Assembly (NCBI RefSeq): GCF_001194135.2
Contig: NC_068982.1
Span: 14,627,071 to 14,691,070 of the forward strand
Direction of reading: 5' to 3'
DNA length: 64,000 bases
Source of the DNA: Octopus bimaculoides
Taxonomy: Eukaryota
A program made the translations under genes and the position numbers. Below, one piece after another: positions 13,471 through 27,684 of the stretch. The notes beneath the pieces are model-generated. The model saw nothing but the letters and a program-made list of their open reading frames with translations. It was not told the origin of the DNA and ran no database searches. The first letter of the stretch is position 1, and the number at the start of each line of letters is the position of its first letter.

Positions 13471-14926
13471 AATGCTCCAGTCATTACTTTTCTTTTAATC
13501 TTTTGTTTTTTTTTAACGACCTTACACTGACTAGCCATAATAGGTAATAAAATATCCAACCCAAGGCAGAGGGTATGCACCTTTATACATGTGTGTATAT
13601 ATCCCTGTATACATCCATGTATACATCCGCTTTTCCCACGTTTTATTCTGCTGACATTCATGCATGAGTTTAGCCGTGGCATTGTTTTGTCTTACATCAG
13701 TAGGAAACACAGCCGTGCAAAGGACTGCCAAAACTAAGTACATACAACTAGTTAAATGAAGTGTGCTTACGACTCTTTACATTCTGTTATTACCAGAAAT
13801 AGTGCAAAGCGTGTTTGGGGATAACAAGAATAGGAAAAAAAAAATATAAAAACTAAAAACTGGGTATAAACTGGAAAAAATATAATAAAAAGAATAAAAA
13901 ATGAAACAAAATTAGTTGTCTTCTATCCTTGTCAGTGATCTTCTGAGATAAGAATAGAAATTGCATCATGGAAATAGAAAAATTCAAGTCAGTCTACTCT
14001 GTCAGTATCACTGCTGAAGCTTAACTGATGTAAAAAACATAAAAAAATGTTTTTCTGAAAGATTACAGAATTGGCAACAAAAAGACTGTGTTGCTTATGT
14101 ATTCCATGTGTGAGACAACTCAAATCTTTAACTAACAAGAAATATCTTAATCATTTTAAATCAGTTTTATCTCCTCAATAAGGGGTGTCTATTGTGCTTT
14201 AGTTCCATTCCATTCATCTTTGTCTTCTTAAATGTCAACCTTTCAAAACCTGGTATAAGACCACAGCCTCCTACTGCCTCTCAAATACTGCCCCTATCAT
14301 TTAGTGATTTAATTTTTTTTTCCCCTTCTTCCTGTCCTTTTTCTTGTCTTACAAGTTAATTGGCAACCTCACTAGCGCCAGTGGCATGTTAAAAGCATCC
14401 AGTACACTTTGTAAAGTGGTTGGCATTAAGAAGAGCATCCAGCCACAGAAACTATGCCAGAGCTGACACTGGAACTCAACATGGGCCTCCAGCTCACTAG
14501 ATCCTCTCAAATCATCCAATGAATGCTAGCATGGAAGATGATGTAGGCAACAAGACTTAAATTTGGTTCATTTAGTCCAGAATTGAAAACTTAAATCAAT
14601 TAAATTACTATATGCTGTTTATAATACCTGTCTTTCAGAAGGAGAAAATAAATAAAATAAGAAGGCCCTAAAAAAATTCAAGATTAATTGTTGTGAGAAG
14701 AGAAAATCTGCTGTATCAAGTCTTGTCTCTTGTCTGTGAGCAAAGAATAGAGGAAGTATTGTGGTTATCATTCTGATTCCAGGAAATCGACAATGAATCG
14801 ACAGTCATTAGAATATTGGTGGGAGCATCTGCCCTGTGCTCCTCACTCTGGGTCTCTGTGCTGGGAATTTAAATTCTTCTGAGGTTCAGTTTACTTTTCA
14901 GCCTTCACTCTCAATAGGGAAAAAAT

Positions 14927-14957
<31 letters not shown>

Positions 14958-14963
14958 TTCTCT

Positions 14964-14997
<34 letters not shown>

Positions 14998-15295
14998 GTT
15001 CAAAATTATACAAAAAAATGCAAGACAGAAACACGTGAGGGAACAACAAGCAATGTGTATTAGTTTGATACTCAGGAAAAAAGGAAGAAGTTTTGACATT
15101 TGGAGCCATTGCTCTTCTACAGAAAGTATCAAGGAGCGAAAACAGATGGAGAGAGGCACAAAGATGCAAAGAAATATATATATATATCAGATTGGAGCCT
15201 GGTGTAGCCATCTCGTTTCACCAGTCCTCAGTCAAATCGTCCAACCCATGCTAGCATGGAAAGCGGACGTTAAACGACGATGATGATGATGATGA

Positions 15296-15363
<68 letters not shown>

Positions 15364-17271
15364 AGACATTGGTTGTATTCAAACCAAGAGAGGGATGGGT
15401 TTAGCCAGGTTTAAATGCCCAAGGCAGGTGGAATATCACACAACAATGTTGCTATAGCTGTGTCTTTTATTGGAAGTCACTCCCAAGAAAGTTGCAAGCA
15501 AGCCAAGTCATAAGCAACTATTTAGCTTCTTAAGAGTTACTAAGGAAAAGGAGAAAAGTTCAAGAACCTGTCTAAAAAAGTACACACACACGTATGTACG
15601 TGCATGAATGCATGTATACGTATATATCTGCAGACAGACAAACTTACGGACAGACAAACATTCATTCAAGTAGTATAGCAAAATATTAAAAATAACAGTA
15701 GAAACTAAAGCAGAGTTGAACAGGAGGTAAAATTTCAGTCTGAATAATCGTATTGACTGTAATTTAATATATTTTGGATATACAGTAAGACAAAAAAAAA
15801 AAAAGAAATCTAAAAAAATTGAAAATGGTGTAAAGGAAAGTAGAATGGAATGTGTGTAAAAAGAGAGATGTTAAAGGAGGAAATTAGCTATTTTTGCTTT
15901 AGATGAAATTCTATTTTCGATGAACAAAAATATCTAGGTCATATTATCATGGTGAAGAAAGTTTTTAAATCCAAAATAGAGTTTTCATTTGTGTAAGATC
16001 TAGAACTAATTTGCTATTATCTAAGATGTATATCTAAGACATTTATATATTAGCTGAATTGGATAACTTCCAACTGTAATATTTCTTTTGGCTTCAAATA
16101 AAGAACGGTTGGGAACTCTTCAGAATGATAAACCAGGTAAATTTAGAAATCTATAGAGATTATTTGATAGGATATATTTGTTGTTCTGTTTTCAGGAAAT
16201 CAAATCAGACAATTACCATAGAAAGTATGTATTTGTGACAGCAATAAATCTACCAAATTTGGAACATTAGTTAGAGAGTGAACGAGTTAAATGAACTAAA
16301 AATAATATTTATTTAGTTCTTTCATGCATGAGAAAAAAACAAAATATAATGAAATATCAAACGCTTGAATTTTTCTGCTTGACTATTTGTCATTGATAGT
16401 ATCCAGTAAATGATTGATCAGCTTATTGATTTCAGGAGATATGGGAAATGAGATTTTTCCAAGCAGATTTATGATATCAGCAAAGCAAAACAACTATCTC
16501 TGAACTGGAACTAGCTTACTGATGAAGCTAACTGGGAACTTCTGTTCTACAGTGCTTGCCATGTTAAAATAAATACATGCTTGAAAAAGTAACAGTGCAT
16601 TAAATTAAGTCACTATCTAACATGAAAGTAGCCAATGATAATTTTGTACTCTAGCAAAAAATCTACGATAAGAGACTTAATATCTCCATTATTGAAAGAT
16701 AAGTAGCATAATTCACTGTGATAAAGAATTCATTTTACATTGTTGACAGAGATACACTAAGAAAATAGATAGTAGTAAGTACAATGAATTGTTATTTGGT
16801 AGTCATGGTGACTAATGCAAATCATTAATGTATTGATATCTTATGAAAAGACACGAAGTAATATTTTAAAGATGTGGGAAAATCAATTAAATTGACCATA
16901 GCATATGATTAATATCTTATTTTATACAGGCATTTTAATCATAACAGCACTGTATTGGTGCTTTTGTTAATTAGTCCCATCTAATTAACAAAAGCGTTGT
17001 AAATACTATTGCACCTGTAATAGTCTGTTTGCAGAATATTTACTCATCAATTCATCAGTAGCTGGGGGATGATGTGAACCAACAAAAAATGAAGTGTTTG
17101 CTCAAGAACACAATGTATCACTGTGCTGGAATCGAAACCACAATCTTACAATGATGAGTACAACATCCTAACCACTAAGCCACAAGCCTCTACACACACA
17201 CTCACGTGTGTGTGTGTGTGTGTATGTCTTTGTGTTTGTGTATGTCCTTCCACCACTGCTCAACAAGCAGT

Positions 17272-17653
17272 TGGTTGGCACTCCGTCAATTACTACGACG
17301 AGGGTTCCAGTTGATCCAATCAACGGAACAACCTGCTCGTGAAATTAACGTGCAAGTGGCTGAGCACTCCATAGACACGTGTACCCTTAACATAGTTCTC
17401 GAGGAGATTCAGCGTGACACAGTGTGACAAGGCTGGCCCTTTGAAATACAGGTACAACAGAAACAGGAACATAGAATGAGAGAAAGTTGTGGTGAAAGAG
17501 TACAGCAGGGTTCGCCACCAACCCCTGCCGGAGCCTTGTGGAGCTTTAGGTGTTTTCGCTCAATAAACACTCACAATGCCCGTTCTGGGAATCGAAACCG
17601 CGATCCTACGACCATGAGTCTGCTGCCCTAACCACTGAGCCATTGCGCCTCCA
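17272..17653 (-). mobile_element. SINE family C inserted in a family-A remnant
   Basis: 13-bp TSD ctcaacaagcagt at 17259-17271 and 17654-17666. Confidence 0.9.
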
Positions 17654-17863
17654 CTCAACAAGCAGTGTTGGTGTGTTTACATGCCCATAACTTGGCAGTT
17701 TTAAGAAAGGAGACCAATAAAGTAAGCAGCTGACTGCAAACAAAAAAAAAAGTTTGGGGACCAATTTGTTCAACTTAAACCCTTGAATATAGTGCCCCAG
17801 CATGGCCGCAGTCCAAAGGCTGAAAGAAAGACAATAAAAGGAAATAAAAGATAGTTTACTCAC

Positions 17864-18066
17864 TTAATGTTTTTCAAAAAGGGGATTACATTCAGCCAAA
17901 AGTTTTCTGTCAATTTTGGTTTCCCAGACAGCATAAGTCCTTTAAGATTTTTCCCATATGTCAGCAAGAAGTTGTAAATTGAATTCTCAGACAATGCATT
18001 GGTATGACTAATATCAATGGCACGTAATTTGATGAATTTTCCTGTTTCCATTAGTTTTTCTAATAT
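17864..18066 (-). CDS. Internal coding exon C of the same LRR protein gene
   Basis: Acceptor tttgaacag|ATATTA (AG at 18068-18067), donor ATTAA|gtgagt; 203 nt, phase 0-2, in frame with exon B. Encodes ILEKLMETGKFIKLRAIDISHTNALSENSIYNFLLTYGKNLKGLMLSGKPKLTENFWLNVIPFLKNI(K), continuing the LRR pattern. Confidence 0.9.
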
Positions 18067-18321
18067 CTGTTCAAAGAAAATTAATAGAATAAATGAAACA
18101 TGATAAATGAAGAAACAATTATCTTTCAAATCATTTTTAAGGTTTGATTCAATATTATATAAATGGAATAGAAAAGATTTAGGCTTCTTGATTTAATATT
18201 GTTTTGCATTGATATAGTTTGGCAGTATTTGATAGACCTGGCTGTCACAGTGGTAGTGATGATGTCAGATGGTGCAACCATCATTGGCAGTTCACACTCC
18301 ACCCAATTCCATTGCCAATGC

Positions 18322-18655
18322 CTCCCATGGCTCTGTGGTTAGAGCATCGAGCTTACGATCGTGAAGTTGTGAGTTCAAATCCTGGACTGGGCTGTGTGTT
18401 GTGCTCTTGAGCAAGACACTTTATTTCATGTTGCTCCAGTTCACTCAGCTGTAGAAATGAGTTGTGGTGTCACCGGTGCCAAGCTATATCGGACCTTGCC
18501 TTTCTCTTGGATAACATTGGTGGTGTGGAGAGGGGAGGCTGGTATGCATGGGCGATTGCTGGTCTTCCATAAACATCCTTGCTTGGACTTGTGCCTGGGA
18601 GGGTAACTTTCTATCCATGCAATCCCATGGTCAGTCATTACCGAAGGGGGTCTCA
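18322..18655 (+). mobile_element. SINE with family-D head and core but a different 3' tail
   Basis: Shares cttgagcaagacactttatttca.gttgctccagt.cactcagctg..aaatgagt, then diverges from the C/D tail. Confidence 0.7.
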
Positions 18656-20654
18656 CACATCATCACGCCTCCCACCACATCATTGCCAAACTCAGCTTTT
18701 TCACCAATCTGCACCAACATCCATAGAGGCTCAGTGCACAGCCATCGCATCCCAAACTATTTTGCTCAGTGAACCCTTATTTCCACCTGCTGCAGCTCCT
18801 CTTCTTCTATGCAGTTTGAATGTAAATGAGCAGAGGCACAGAATAAGCAGAAATATTGTAGTACAAAGCTCAACGTCTCACAATATTTTCATCCAATTAG
18901 GTTCTGAGATCAAATTCTGGCATGGTTAATTAGATTTTCAATTATTTCATGTTTTATTTCAGTTCTAATGGGAAAATGCTTGAAACATAGAAGGGATAAT
19001 TAAATCAGCTACATGCCACTATGCAATTAGCCATGTAATTAAGAAATCAGTATAATAATTCATTTGTTAGAATTCTCTCTTTACACAGATCATGTTGAGG
19101 ATGAATAATTTGGACTTGTCTAATGTTGTTGTAGCCATCATTGTTTAGCCCTGGCTCAACCCTGATCAATGAAGCTTTCAGCAGTGCCCCGACTCTGAGT
19201 TTGAGAAGTTACACAAAAAGAAGGATACTCTCACCAATTATGAGGGATTAAGACAATGCAGAATTAGGTGTCCTCACTAATAATATAACGAGACACCTAC
19301 AGTAGATCATTTGAAGCCACAACCTATAGTCTTCTGATGCCTTATACCTTCTATGGAGAAAAAAATACATGTAATAGAAAACTAGTGGAAATGGAAATGT
19401 TTTATGAGTAGAAAAAGTGCGGAAGACTTAGAGAAATAACAATCATTTCCCTTGGAAACAACTATCATTCTGTACACAAACATTAAGAATGTACTCTCTT
19501 TCTCTTGATTCCCAAATAACTAATGTTCTACAAAGAAAACACACACACATACATACTATTGATAAGTTACAGGTAACATCATGCTGACAGTTTCTAAAAA
19601 GAATGAAATAGAGGTATACATGATTACCACCAACTAGAAATTGCATGAACTTTGTAATAAGTAAACAAATAGGAAATAAAATATCTGATTGTTATGCATC
19701 TTTTCCATATAATTCCTTAATTTCCAAGTCAAATTTCTAATCCTGCCCCATGTTTTGAGAGGATGGCTATCTCCCTTGTATTAACTGCCATCACTTGAGG
19801 GAACCACATGTGTATTACAAACACAATTTGAATTCACAACTATGAAGCTTTGAGCAACAAACACAATAAAGACAAGGCTTTCTTTGTGGTCTAACAGCTG
19901 GTATTTCTAATATGAGACATTTATCAGTTTATACATGATAAACAGTGATTATATTAGATTATCTTTGCATAAACTAAATATGTTAAAAGTAGAAAAAGTG
20001 CAGAGGACCTAAAGAAACCTGATATATCTTTGATAGATCTAACAGTTATAGAATTGGTAGAAATAGTGCAACAAAAGATAAAATGAGACTATGATGAGTG
20101 AATAAACACACAATTGACTGAAATCTTATGATTATGTAGCATCAATCTACATTCCATCTTATTATAGCCAAAAAAAGGTAATTTCTTTATTTATAAGCAT
20201 TGTAGTGAATTAGAAGCACTTTTTTGTTTAGTGTAAGCAATGTGAAGAGCAAGACTTTATTTTTTATGTTCATGAATTAGTTGTGATATAAATCAATAAG
20301 GGTTTCAACAAGATCGTTAGTGTTGTAAAAATGATATTGAGGTTTAAGCCTAGAGCTTCAAATACAATATTTCTTCAAAGAGAAATTTTAAGTATGTGTA
20401 TATGTAAGAAAGAGGGAGAAAGAATGAGAGAGAGAGAGAAAGGGTGAGAGAGAGAAGAAGAGAAAGAGAATGCTTGTGGGGGGTGGGAGAGAAAAAAACA
20501 GAGAAAGAAAGAAAAAGAGGGAGAGAGAGAAAGAGAGTTTATGTGTATATGTATACATACATTCTCTGTATGTGAGAGAGAAAGAGGGAGAAGGAGAGAG
20601 AGTATGTGAGCGTATATCATATAGAGAGAGTGAGAGATAATGAGCTCGAGAAAT

Positions 20655-20936
20655 AGAGAGAGAGAGAGAGAGAGAGAAGAACAAGAAGAGAGAGAGAGAA
20701 GAACAAGAAGAGAGAGAGAGAAGAACAAGAAGAGAGAGAGAGAAGAACAAGAAGAGAGAGAGAAGAACACGAAGAGAGAGAGAGAAGAACACGAAGAGAG
20801 AGAGAGAAGAACAAGAAGAGAGAGAGAGAATAACAAGAAGAGAGAGAGAAGAACAAGAAGAGAGAGAGAGAAGAACAAGAAGAGAGAGAGAGAAGAACAA
20901 GAAGAGAGAGAGAGAAGAACAAGAAGAGAGAGAGAG
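20655..20936. repeat. Purine-rich compound repeat AGAACAAGAAG(AG)n
   Basis: About 14 units with variable (AG)n length; followed by a (CTAT)n/GATA tract at ~21024-21172. Confidence 0.9.
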
Positions 20937-21022
20937 TACATGAGCATATATCGTAAAAAGTGACAGATAACGAGTTCAAGAAATGGAGAAGGAAGATCAG
21001 AGAGAGACAGACAGTTAGGTAG

Positions 21023-21054
<32 letters not shown>

Positions 21055-21118
21055 GTCTATCTGTCTATCTATCTATCTATCTGTCTATCTATCTATCTAT
21101 CTGTCTATCTATCTATCT

Positions 21119-21154
<36 letters not shown>

Positions 21155-22209
21155 CCTGTCTATCTATCTATTTATTTTCTATCCCTCTATTTTTTTTCTT
21201 TGGCAGCCTACAATAAATTAATACAAAAGCCTAAATATAAATATTTACATGTACATATTGGTAACTGGTAAACATTTTTTTTTAAAGCCTCTAAAGATAA
21301 ACAGTGGTAAGTACAAATAAAGTAAGGCAATTAGCAGAAGGAAGTGAAAAAATTCAATGTTCTTAGCAGAGTTATCTTCCAGAACATTCTCGTTTAATGG
21401 TTACAGGAAATATAAGGAAGCAATAAAAAGTAAAAACTTAAAACAGAAAAGAAAAATGTAAAATTATATATAAAACCCCAAAGCGTTTAGTTAATTCTAT
21501 TATTGAATTCTTCCATTTATTTTACCTTTCCAAATTTGTTGGAAGTCATTAGCATAATTTTTAATGGATTCATCAGCAATTAACTTCCATCTAGAGACTG
21601 TTCTTTTGGATTGTTAAGAGAACATCGTAAGGGACAGACTGATAAAGACAGTGTTAGGGAAGAGTATAATAGGGGGAAATGGAAAAGTAGTGACAGGGTT
21701 TTAGTGAAAGGTGGGGTGCCAGAGAATGATAAAGAAGGTGGATTGAGTTGGGTAGGAGATGCTTGGCAAACCCCACATTAACTGGATGGGTAGAGCGGTG
21801 CATGAAGGAGAGAGAAGGTAATGATGAGGAACCAGGGTGTATTCTCACATTAACATGTCCAAAAGGACATGGTAATAGAAGAATCAAGGATGGTGGGTAC
21901 AAGCTGCCAGAATGCAACCCCTCTTCACTCATGCATTACGATTTTGATTTTGAAGGATAGAAGAGGAAGGAGTAGCAAGATTTGGGTGTTGAAAAGGGGC
22001 TATTCAATATGCACAGGTAGAGTACTCTCCTCTCAGTTGTGGTTGGTATGATAGAGTGAGTAAAAGAGATGACAGAAACAAGAGGGTACAAAATAAATAC
22101 AGTGGGTAGAAGAAAATGGTTGGCAGATATGAGGGTATTTAACAAGCAATAAGCAATGGGTGCATTCACTATGCAATAGGCAAGTGGTCACCAAACTTAC
22201 ATGGGAGGT

Positions 22210-22700
22210 TAGGGTTTCCTATGGTACCACATACTGCCAGTTGACATGGTCCATTGTTATCTTCTTCATCAGATGTAACATCCTGAGATCACTTTTCACC
22301 TCATCCTAAATCTTTCTTGGTTTCCCTCTTCCACAACTACAATTCTCTTTGCAGGCTCAACACTTGCCTACGCAGCTGTCATCCTTAATCTACATCATAT
22401 GTCCATACCTTTACTCTCTTCTCTCTCACATTAGATTCATCTCATAATCAGTTTGTCTCTCAGCTTAATTATATTTCTTCACTCAAGCTCGTGACCACAG
22501 CACGTCCACTGAAGAACTTCCATCTCATTTCTTTCTACTTTTGCAGAGTTTTCTGCATTTAAAGTTCACATTGTACTGCTATGCAGCAGACTTTGCACAC
22601 AAACACCATACAATCGGTCACTGACCTGAAAGGAGAAACTCTTTGTTGCCAGTAGAGAAAAAAAATAACTCCCCAGTCTGTCCTTATTCTGGCTGCCATA
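22210..22700 (-). mobile_element. RTE-clade LINE 3' fragment, decayed
   Basis: Minus-strand translation gives RYGHMM*IKDDSCVGKC...CGRGKPRKI*DEV, the RTE C-terminal motif, with stops and frameshifts. Confidence 0.65.
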
Positions 22701-23348
22701 TTTTCAGAATAGTTGTCACTGGTCACCTAGATAAACTAGCACTCCATCAGTTATGATGACAAGGGTCCTAGTTGATCTGACCAATGGAACAGCCTGCTCC
22801 TGAAATTAACGTGCATGTGACTGAACACTCCACGAATATGTGTACCCTTCATGTAGTTCTTGTTTCAGCATAACACAGAATATGACAAAGCCGGCCCTTT
22901 GAAATACAGGTACAACTCATTTTGACCAGCTGAGTAGACTGAAGTAATGTGAAATAAAGTGTCTTGCTCAAGGACACAATATGCTGCCAGTTTTCAAACT
23001 CATAATCTTATGATTGTGAGCTGAATACCTTAACCACTTATCCTGGCACCTTTGTTCATCTAGATTACAAAAAGGGTATCAGCTATTCCTAGGCAACTAC
23101 CTGGGTATTTCACACATGCGCATGCATGCATGCACGCATTCACACATGTGTATGCATGCAAACACATGTATACATATACACATACACACACATACATATA
23201 GGAAAAAGGAATTGTATTAGGTATTTCTGTCATCATCATCATCACCATCATTGTTTAACGTCCGCTTTCCATGCTAGCATGGGTTGGACGATTTGACTGA
23301 GGACTGGCAAACCAGATGGCTACACCAGGCTCCTTTGATAAAGGCTAT

Positions 23349-23389
<41 letters not shown>

Positions 23390-25287
23390 ATGCGTGTGGT
23401 ATGGTGTTGGTGTGTGTATGTACGTGTGTGTGTTTGCCTTTGCATATTGCTTCGAAACTTCCATTTACCCATCTATTTATATGCATGTCTGTGTCCATGC
23501 CCACCACACATGAATGTGCACACACATAATTAACACAAATTCTGGCTGCTCCACTGCATCTATCATCAAGCTAACCAATCTGCCATGCATATATATACAC
23601 AAATTATTCACTAGCGTAGAACAGTAACAAAGAACGAAATATAAAATTCACATTCACACTACTTCATCTATCCTTGCTTTATCATCTCTAAACATTGCAC
23701 ACACGTTTACCATTGAGGATATGATAATAGCATTTATTGGTATACGGACATAATAAGCTTTCGGTGTAGTGCAAAGATACATAATTTATAGCTAATTTGT
23801 ACTGTGACAGATAGAAGACCATGGCGATAAATTGAATACGTTAATTACAAAATATATTGAGCAGTAAAAATTTCCATTGTGTGGTGACAGTCAGTACAAC
23901 CAACAAATTCAGTTTACTTCAAATAACAGCTAAAGTTCCTCTAAGTCATATCCTGTTATCTTAAGTAAAAAAAAAGGATACACTGGACAGTGTACAAAAA
24001 GATGGGATGGTCATGTCTGGAATGAATTTGATCAGTGATATGAGCTTAATCTGAGTACAAGCTCTTGGAAATATTTGGCAATTTAGTAAGGCAGAGAACT
24101 GGCAGAATCATTAGCATGCCAGGCAAAATACTTAGCAGTATTTTGTCCAGCTTTACATTCTGAGTTCAAATTCCACCAAGGTTGGCTTAGCCTTTCATCC
24201 TTTCAGGGTCGATAAAATAAGTATCCATAAAGTCCTGGGGTCAATGTAATCGCCTTTCTGACTCCCCCAAAATTTCTGGCCTTGTGCCAAAATTTGAAAC
24301 CTATATTAAATAATTAAGTGATTCTATCTGTATGAGTTAAAGCTGAGCCACAAGGAAGTCTTTAAGGGAGGGCATAACCTATTAAAAGCTGTACTACACC
24401 AGCTTAGAAGTAACAAATACTTAAAGTAACATGACCCTTGGGCCATGTTGCAAGTATGGGTGCAACACCCTAACCACTGGGCCACGTGGTTAGGGTGTTG
24501 CAATCCAAAATATGTATCTTCAGAATTACTCATTGATCAAAAGTGACAGCAGGACTATTATTAAACCCCAAAGACGTAAGAAAAATATCAGTTATGTCAC
24601 CTCTTTGACAAACATGACACATGATTTCCTTAAATATATTTTTATGTTTTTCATGATGATATACATTGATGTTTACATCAAAGAATGCAAGCTTTGTCAG
24701 AAAATGATGTTCTTCGAGCAAAGTCCTTTGCACTGTGTTTTGAAGCCCTTTGCACTGAAACATTCCCTTGTCACTCTCACCTCTAGAAATATAGTAAACC
24801 TACCATTGACTCAATGGAAATATTTAACCCATGATGTTTTTGTTCAGAAACTGATATAAAAAAATATATAATTGTTATAAACCCAAAAAGGTAATATCTA
24901 GGTTTAAAAGGTTTTAATCAACTAAAAATACAGCAATCTACAATACAAACAAAGATTGCTAAATTGTAAGCAAAACAAAACCTCAATGTAATAACAGTTT
25001 TATGCAGTGAGTTGCTACAGTCTCGACTAACTAAAAGCCAACACTGAACACATCATGCCACAAACAGAACAGAACTTCGTGCAGCTGCACTGCAGGCAAA
25101 TAACAGCAATCGAGACAATCAAAATCACGTGATAAAAACACATTCGTTTGTCACTCTCACCTCCAGAAATATAGTAAACATCAGGGGTTGAAAATTTCCA
25201 TTGAGTCAATGGTAGGTTTACTATAATTCTGGAGGTGAGAATGACAAGGGAATGTATCAGTGCAAAGGGCTTCAAAACACAGTGCAA

Positions 25288-25521
25288 AGGACGGCGAGCT
25301 GGCAGAAATGTTAGCACGCCGGGCGAAATGCTTAGCAGTATTTCGTCTGCTGTTACGTTCTGAGTTCAAATTCCACCAAGGTCGACTTTGTCATTCATCC
25401 TCTTGGGGTCGATAAATTAAGTACCAGTTACGCACTGGAGTCGATGTGATCGACTTAATCCCTTTGTCTGTCCTTGTTTGTCCCCTCTATGTTTAGCTCC
25501 TTGTGGGCAGTAAAGAAATAA
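25288..25521 (+). mobile_element. SINE family B, full length
   Basis: Complete head, core and tail ...gtaaagaaataa. Confidence 0.9.
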
Positions 25522-25639
25522 GAAATATAGTAAGCCAACCATTGACTCAATGGAAAATTTTAGCCCATGATGTTATTGTTCAGAAACTGATATAAAAATA
25601 TATAATAATTAATCTCATTTTGCATGAGATTATGTTATG

Positions 25640-25795
25640 TCTCAATGCTACTGCTATTTAACACCTTCGGATGATCTCTACTCAACTGCTACTCGTCAGC
25701 TACTCAACTGTCACTCAACTCCTCTACCACGGCCAGACTACCTTTATTTATATGTCTTGGGCGATCCCACTTCTTCGCTTGGGGGTATCGACACA
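25640..25795 (-). mobile_element. Possible LTR fragment
   Basis: Minus strand begins TGTGTCGATACCCCC, has TATAAATA followed by repeated AGTTGAGT motifs; no partner LTR or PBS found. Confidence 0.3.
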
Positions 25796-27251
25796 ACAGA
25801 TTACTAAAAAATAATAGCTTCACCAACCTAAGTTCCTTCTGAATTCAAAACATTGAATATTTTCTTCTTCTATACACACCAATCTAATGTCTCATTTTGT
25901 CGGCCTACCTGTATGATTTCTTGCCAAACTAACAAAGACCAACACTCACTTTCTTAAACCCTTGTGATTACATTGAATGAAATAAAACTTCTGAATTAAA
26001 CTACAAGCATCCATGCTGATGCCACACAGAAAACACCTGTACTGGTGCCATGTAGAATGCATCCATGCCAGTGTCAGGTATAAAGTACCTGTGCCAGTGC
26101 CACTCAATAGCACTGGTGCTAGTGCCACATAAAATACACCCAGTACACTCTATAAAGTGGTTAATTTTAGGATGGGCATCCAGCCATAGAAATAGATAAT
26201 GGGAGCCTGGTGCAGCTTTTTGGTTGGACAGCTCCAGTCAAACTGTCCAACTCATGCCAGCAAGGAAAACAGATATTAAATGATGATGATGTTTCTGTAT
26301 GTTGATGTTTTATCACCAAGCATGCAGTTATATATTTATATTCTAATATTCATGCCTTACCAAAAGTTTAAGCAGCGTAAGTGAAATGGTACAATATGAA
26401 ACGGCTTCCATCAGGAATCAAGATTTATTACGTAAAAAAGTATCGAAATTTCCAATTTTAAACTGGCCATTTGATGGTTATTTAGTATATCAAGACCAAT
26501 TTCGAGTAATAAGAAAAAAAATTAAAGAATATATTTAAATAAAATTCGTTTATACTTATCTAGACAGAAATCTCTTGAATAATTCAATCATGCAAATTAT
26601 CAAATCTTGTTCTCATGTCATTTATTGATTTGAAAAAGAATTTGTCTGAAGATTTATCCATAATTTTAGCACTGTGAAAACTGATTTTTGTGGCAATTGT
26701 TGTAGTTCTTGTTGTTGATTATGTTCTTAGTTGTTATTGTTTTGATTGTTACAGTCTTGTAGTTTTCATTTGCTGAATCATCATCATCATTGTCATTGTC
26801 ATTATCATCACCGCCACCATCATGTTAACATCCATTTTTTCCCTGACTCCATTGATTGAACAGGGTTTATCAAGGCAGACTCTTTTATGGCTGGGATGCC
26901 CTTCATGTCACCAACCCTCACCTGTTTCCAAGCAAGATATTTTTTTCCCATGGCCAGACATGTATCTGCAGAAATTGTGATAACATCATTTGTTTACAAT
27001 TATTGCCCACTGTCAAAACAAGGTTACACACCAGCACACACACACACATTTAGTGTACTGTTCCATTATTAGTGGGCTCAACAAAAGAAGCACTCTGTCC
27101 AGTAAGAGAGAAATATTATTTAATATACACAAGCTTCAAATGGAAGCTACTATTACACATGCCGCACAAGCTTGTCTGACCACTGTATTTTCAGAAGAAT
27201 GAAAATGATAGTACTTCCCATTTATATTCTGTGTGTACACACACATATATA

Positions 27252-27467
27252 TGAGGGAGTACTAAAAAGTCCCTGGCTTTGGGTAAAAGAAAATACAAAA
27301 GGATCAATTAATTATGATTTTATTCAACATATTCCCCTCTCAGATTCACACACTTTTCGTGGCAGTCCTTCAGTTTTTCTAAGCTCTGAAAAAGAACTCG
27401 AAAGGTTAGGCCTCCAACCAGGCTTTTCACAATACCCTTAAAGCCAGGAACTTTTCAGACCCTCTCA
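27252..27467. mobile_element. mariner-type MITE (216 bp)
   Basis: Imperfect ~29-bp TIRs (tgagggagtactaaaaagtccctggcttt / aaagccaggaacttttcagaccctctca) flanked by TA on both sides. Confidence 0.8.
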
Positions 27468-27684
27468 TACATATATTTACAGCATTTGTTCCTATGTACG
27501 TTTCACCATTCTTGTTATTTGGAACCTCTTTGGAAATTTCAAGTGCAACTGGATGCTTAACCATAGCATACCATCAGGGAACTAAAGTCTGAGACTTCGA
27601 AAATCCAATGCAGGGTTCCAAACAACCTCAATGGTAAATAGGAACAAATGATATAAACTTCTGTTTATTGTAATTTCTCATATA

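Noticed and set aside
13693-13725. Possible minus-strand microexon (ttttggcag|TCCTTTGCAC...CTGAT|gtaaga)
   Set aside because: In the phase required after exon C it contains TGA and shows no LRR similarity.
19407-20017. ~30-bp imperfect direct repeat (agtagaaaaagtgc.ga.gac.ta.agaaa) 580 bp apart
   Set aside because: Too short and A-rich to support an element or function.
20375-20979. Arg/Glu-rich and Leu/Ser-rich ORFs
   Set aside because: Translations of the (AG)-based repeat; no splice signals or domain.
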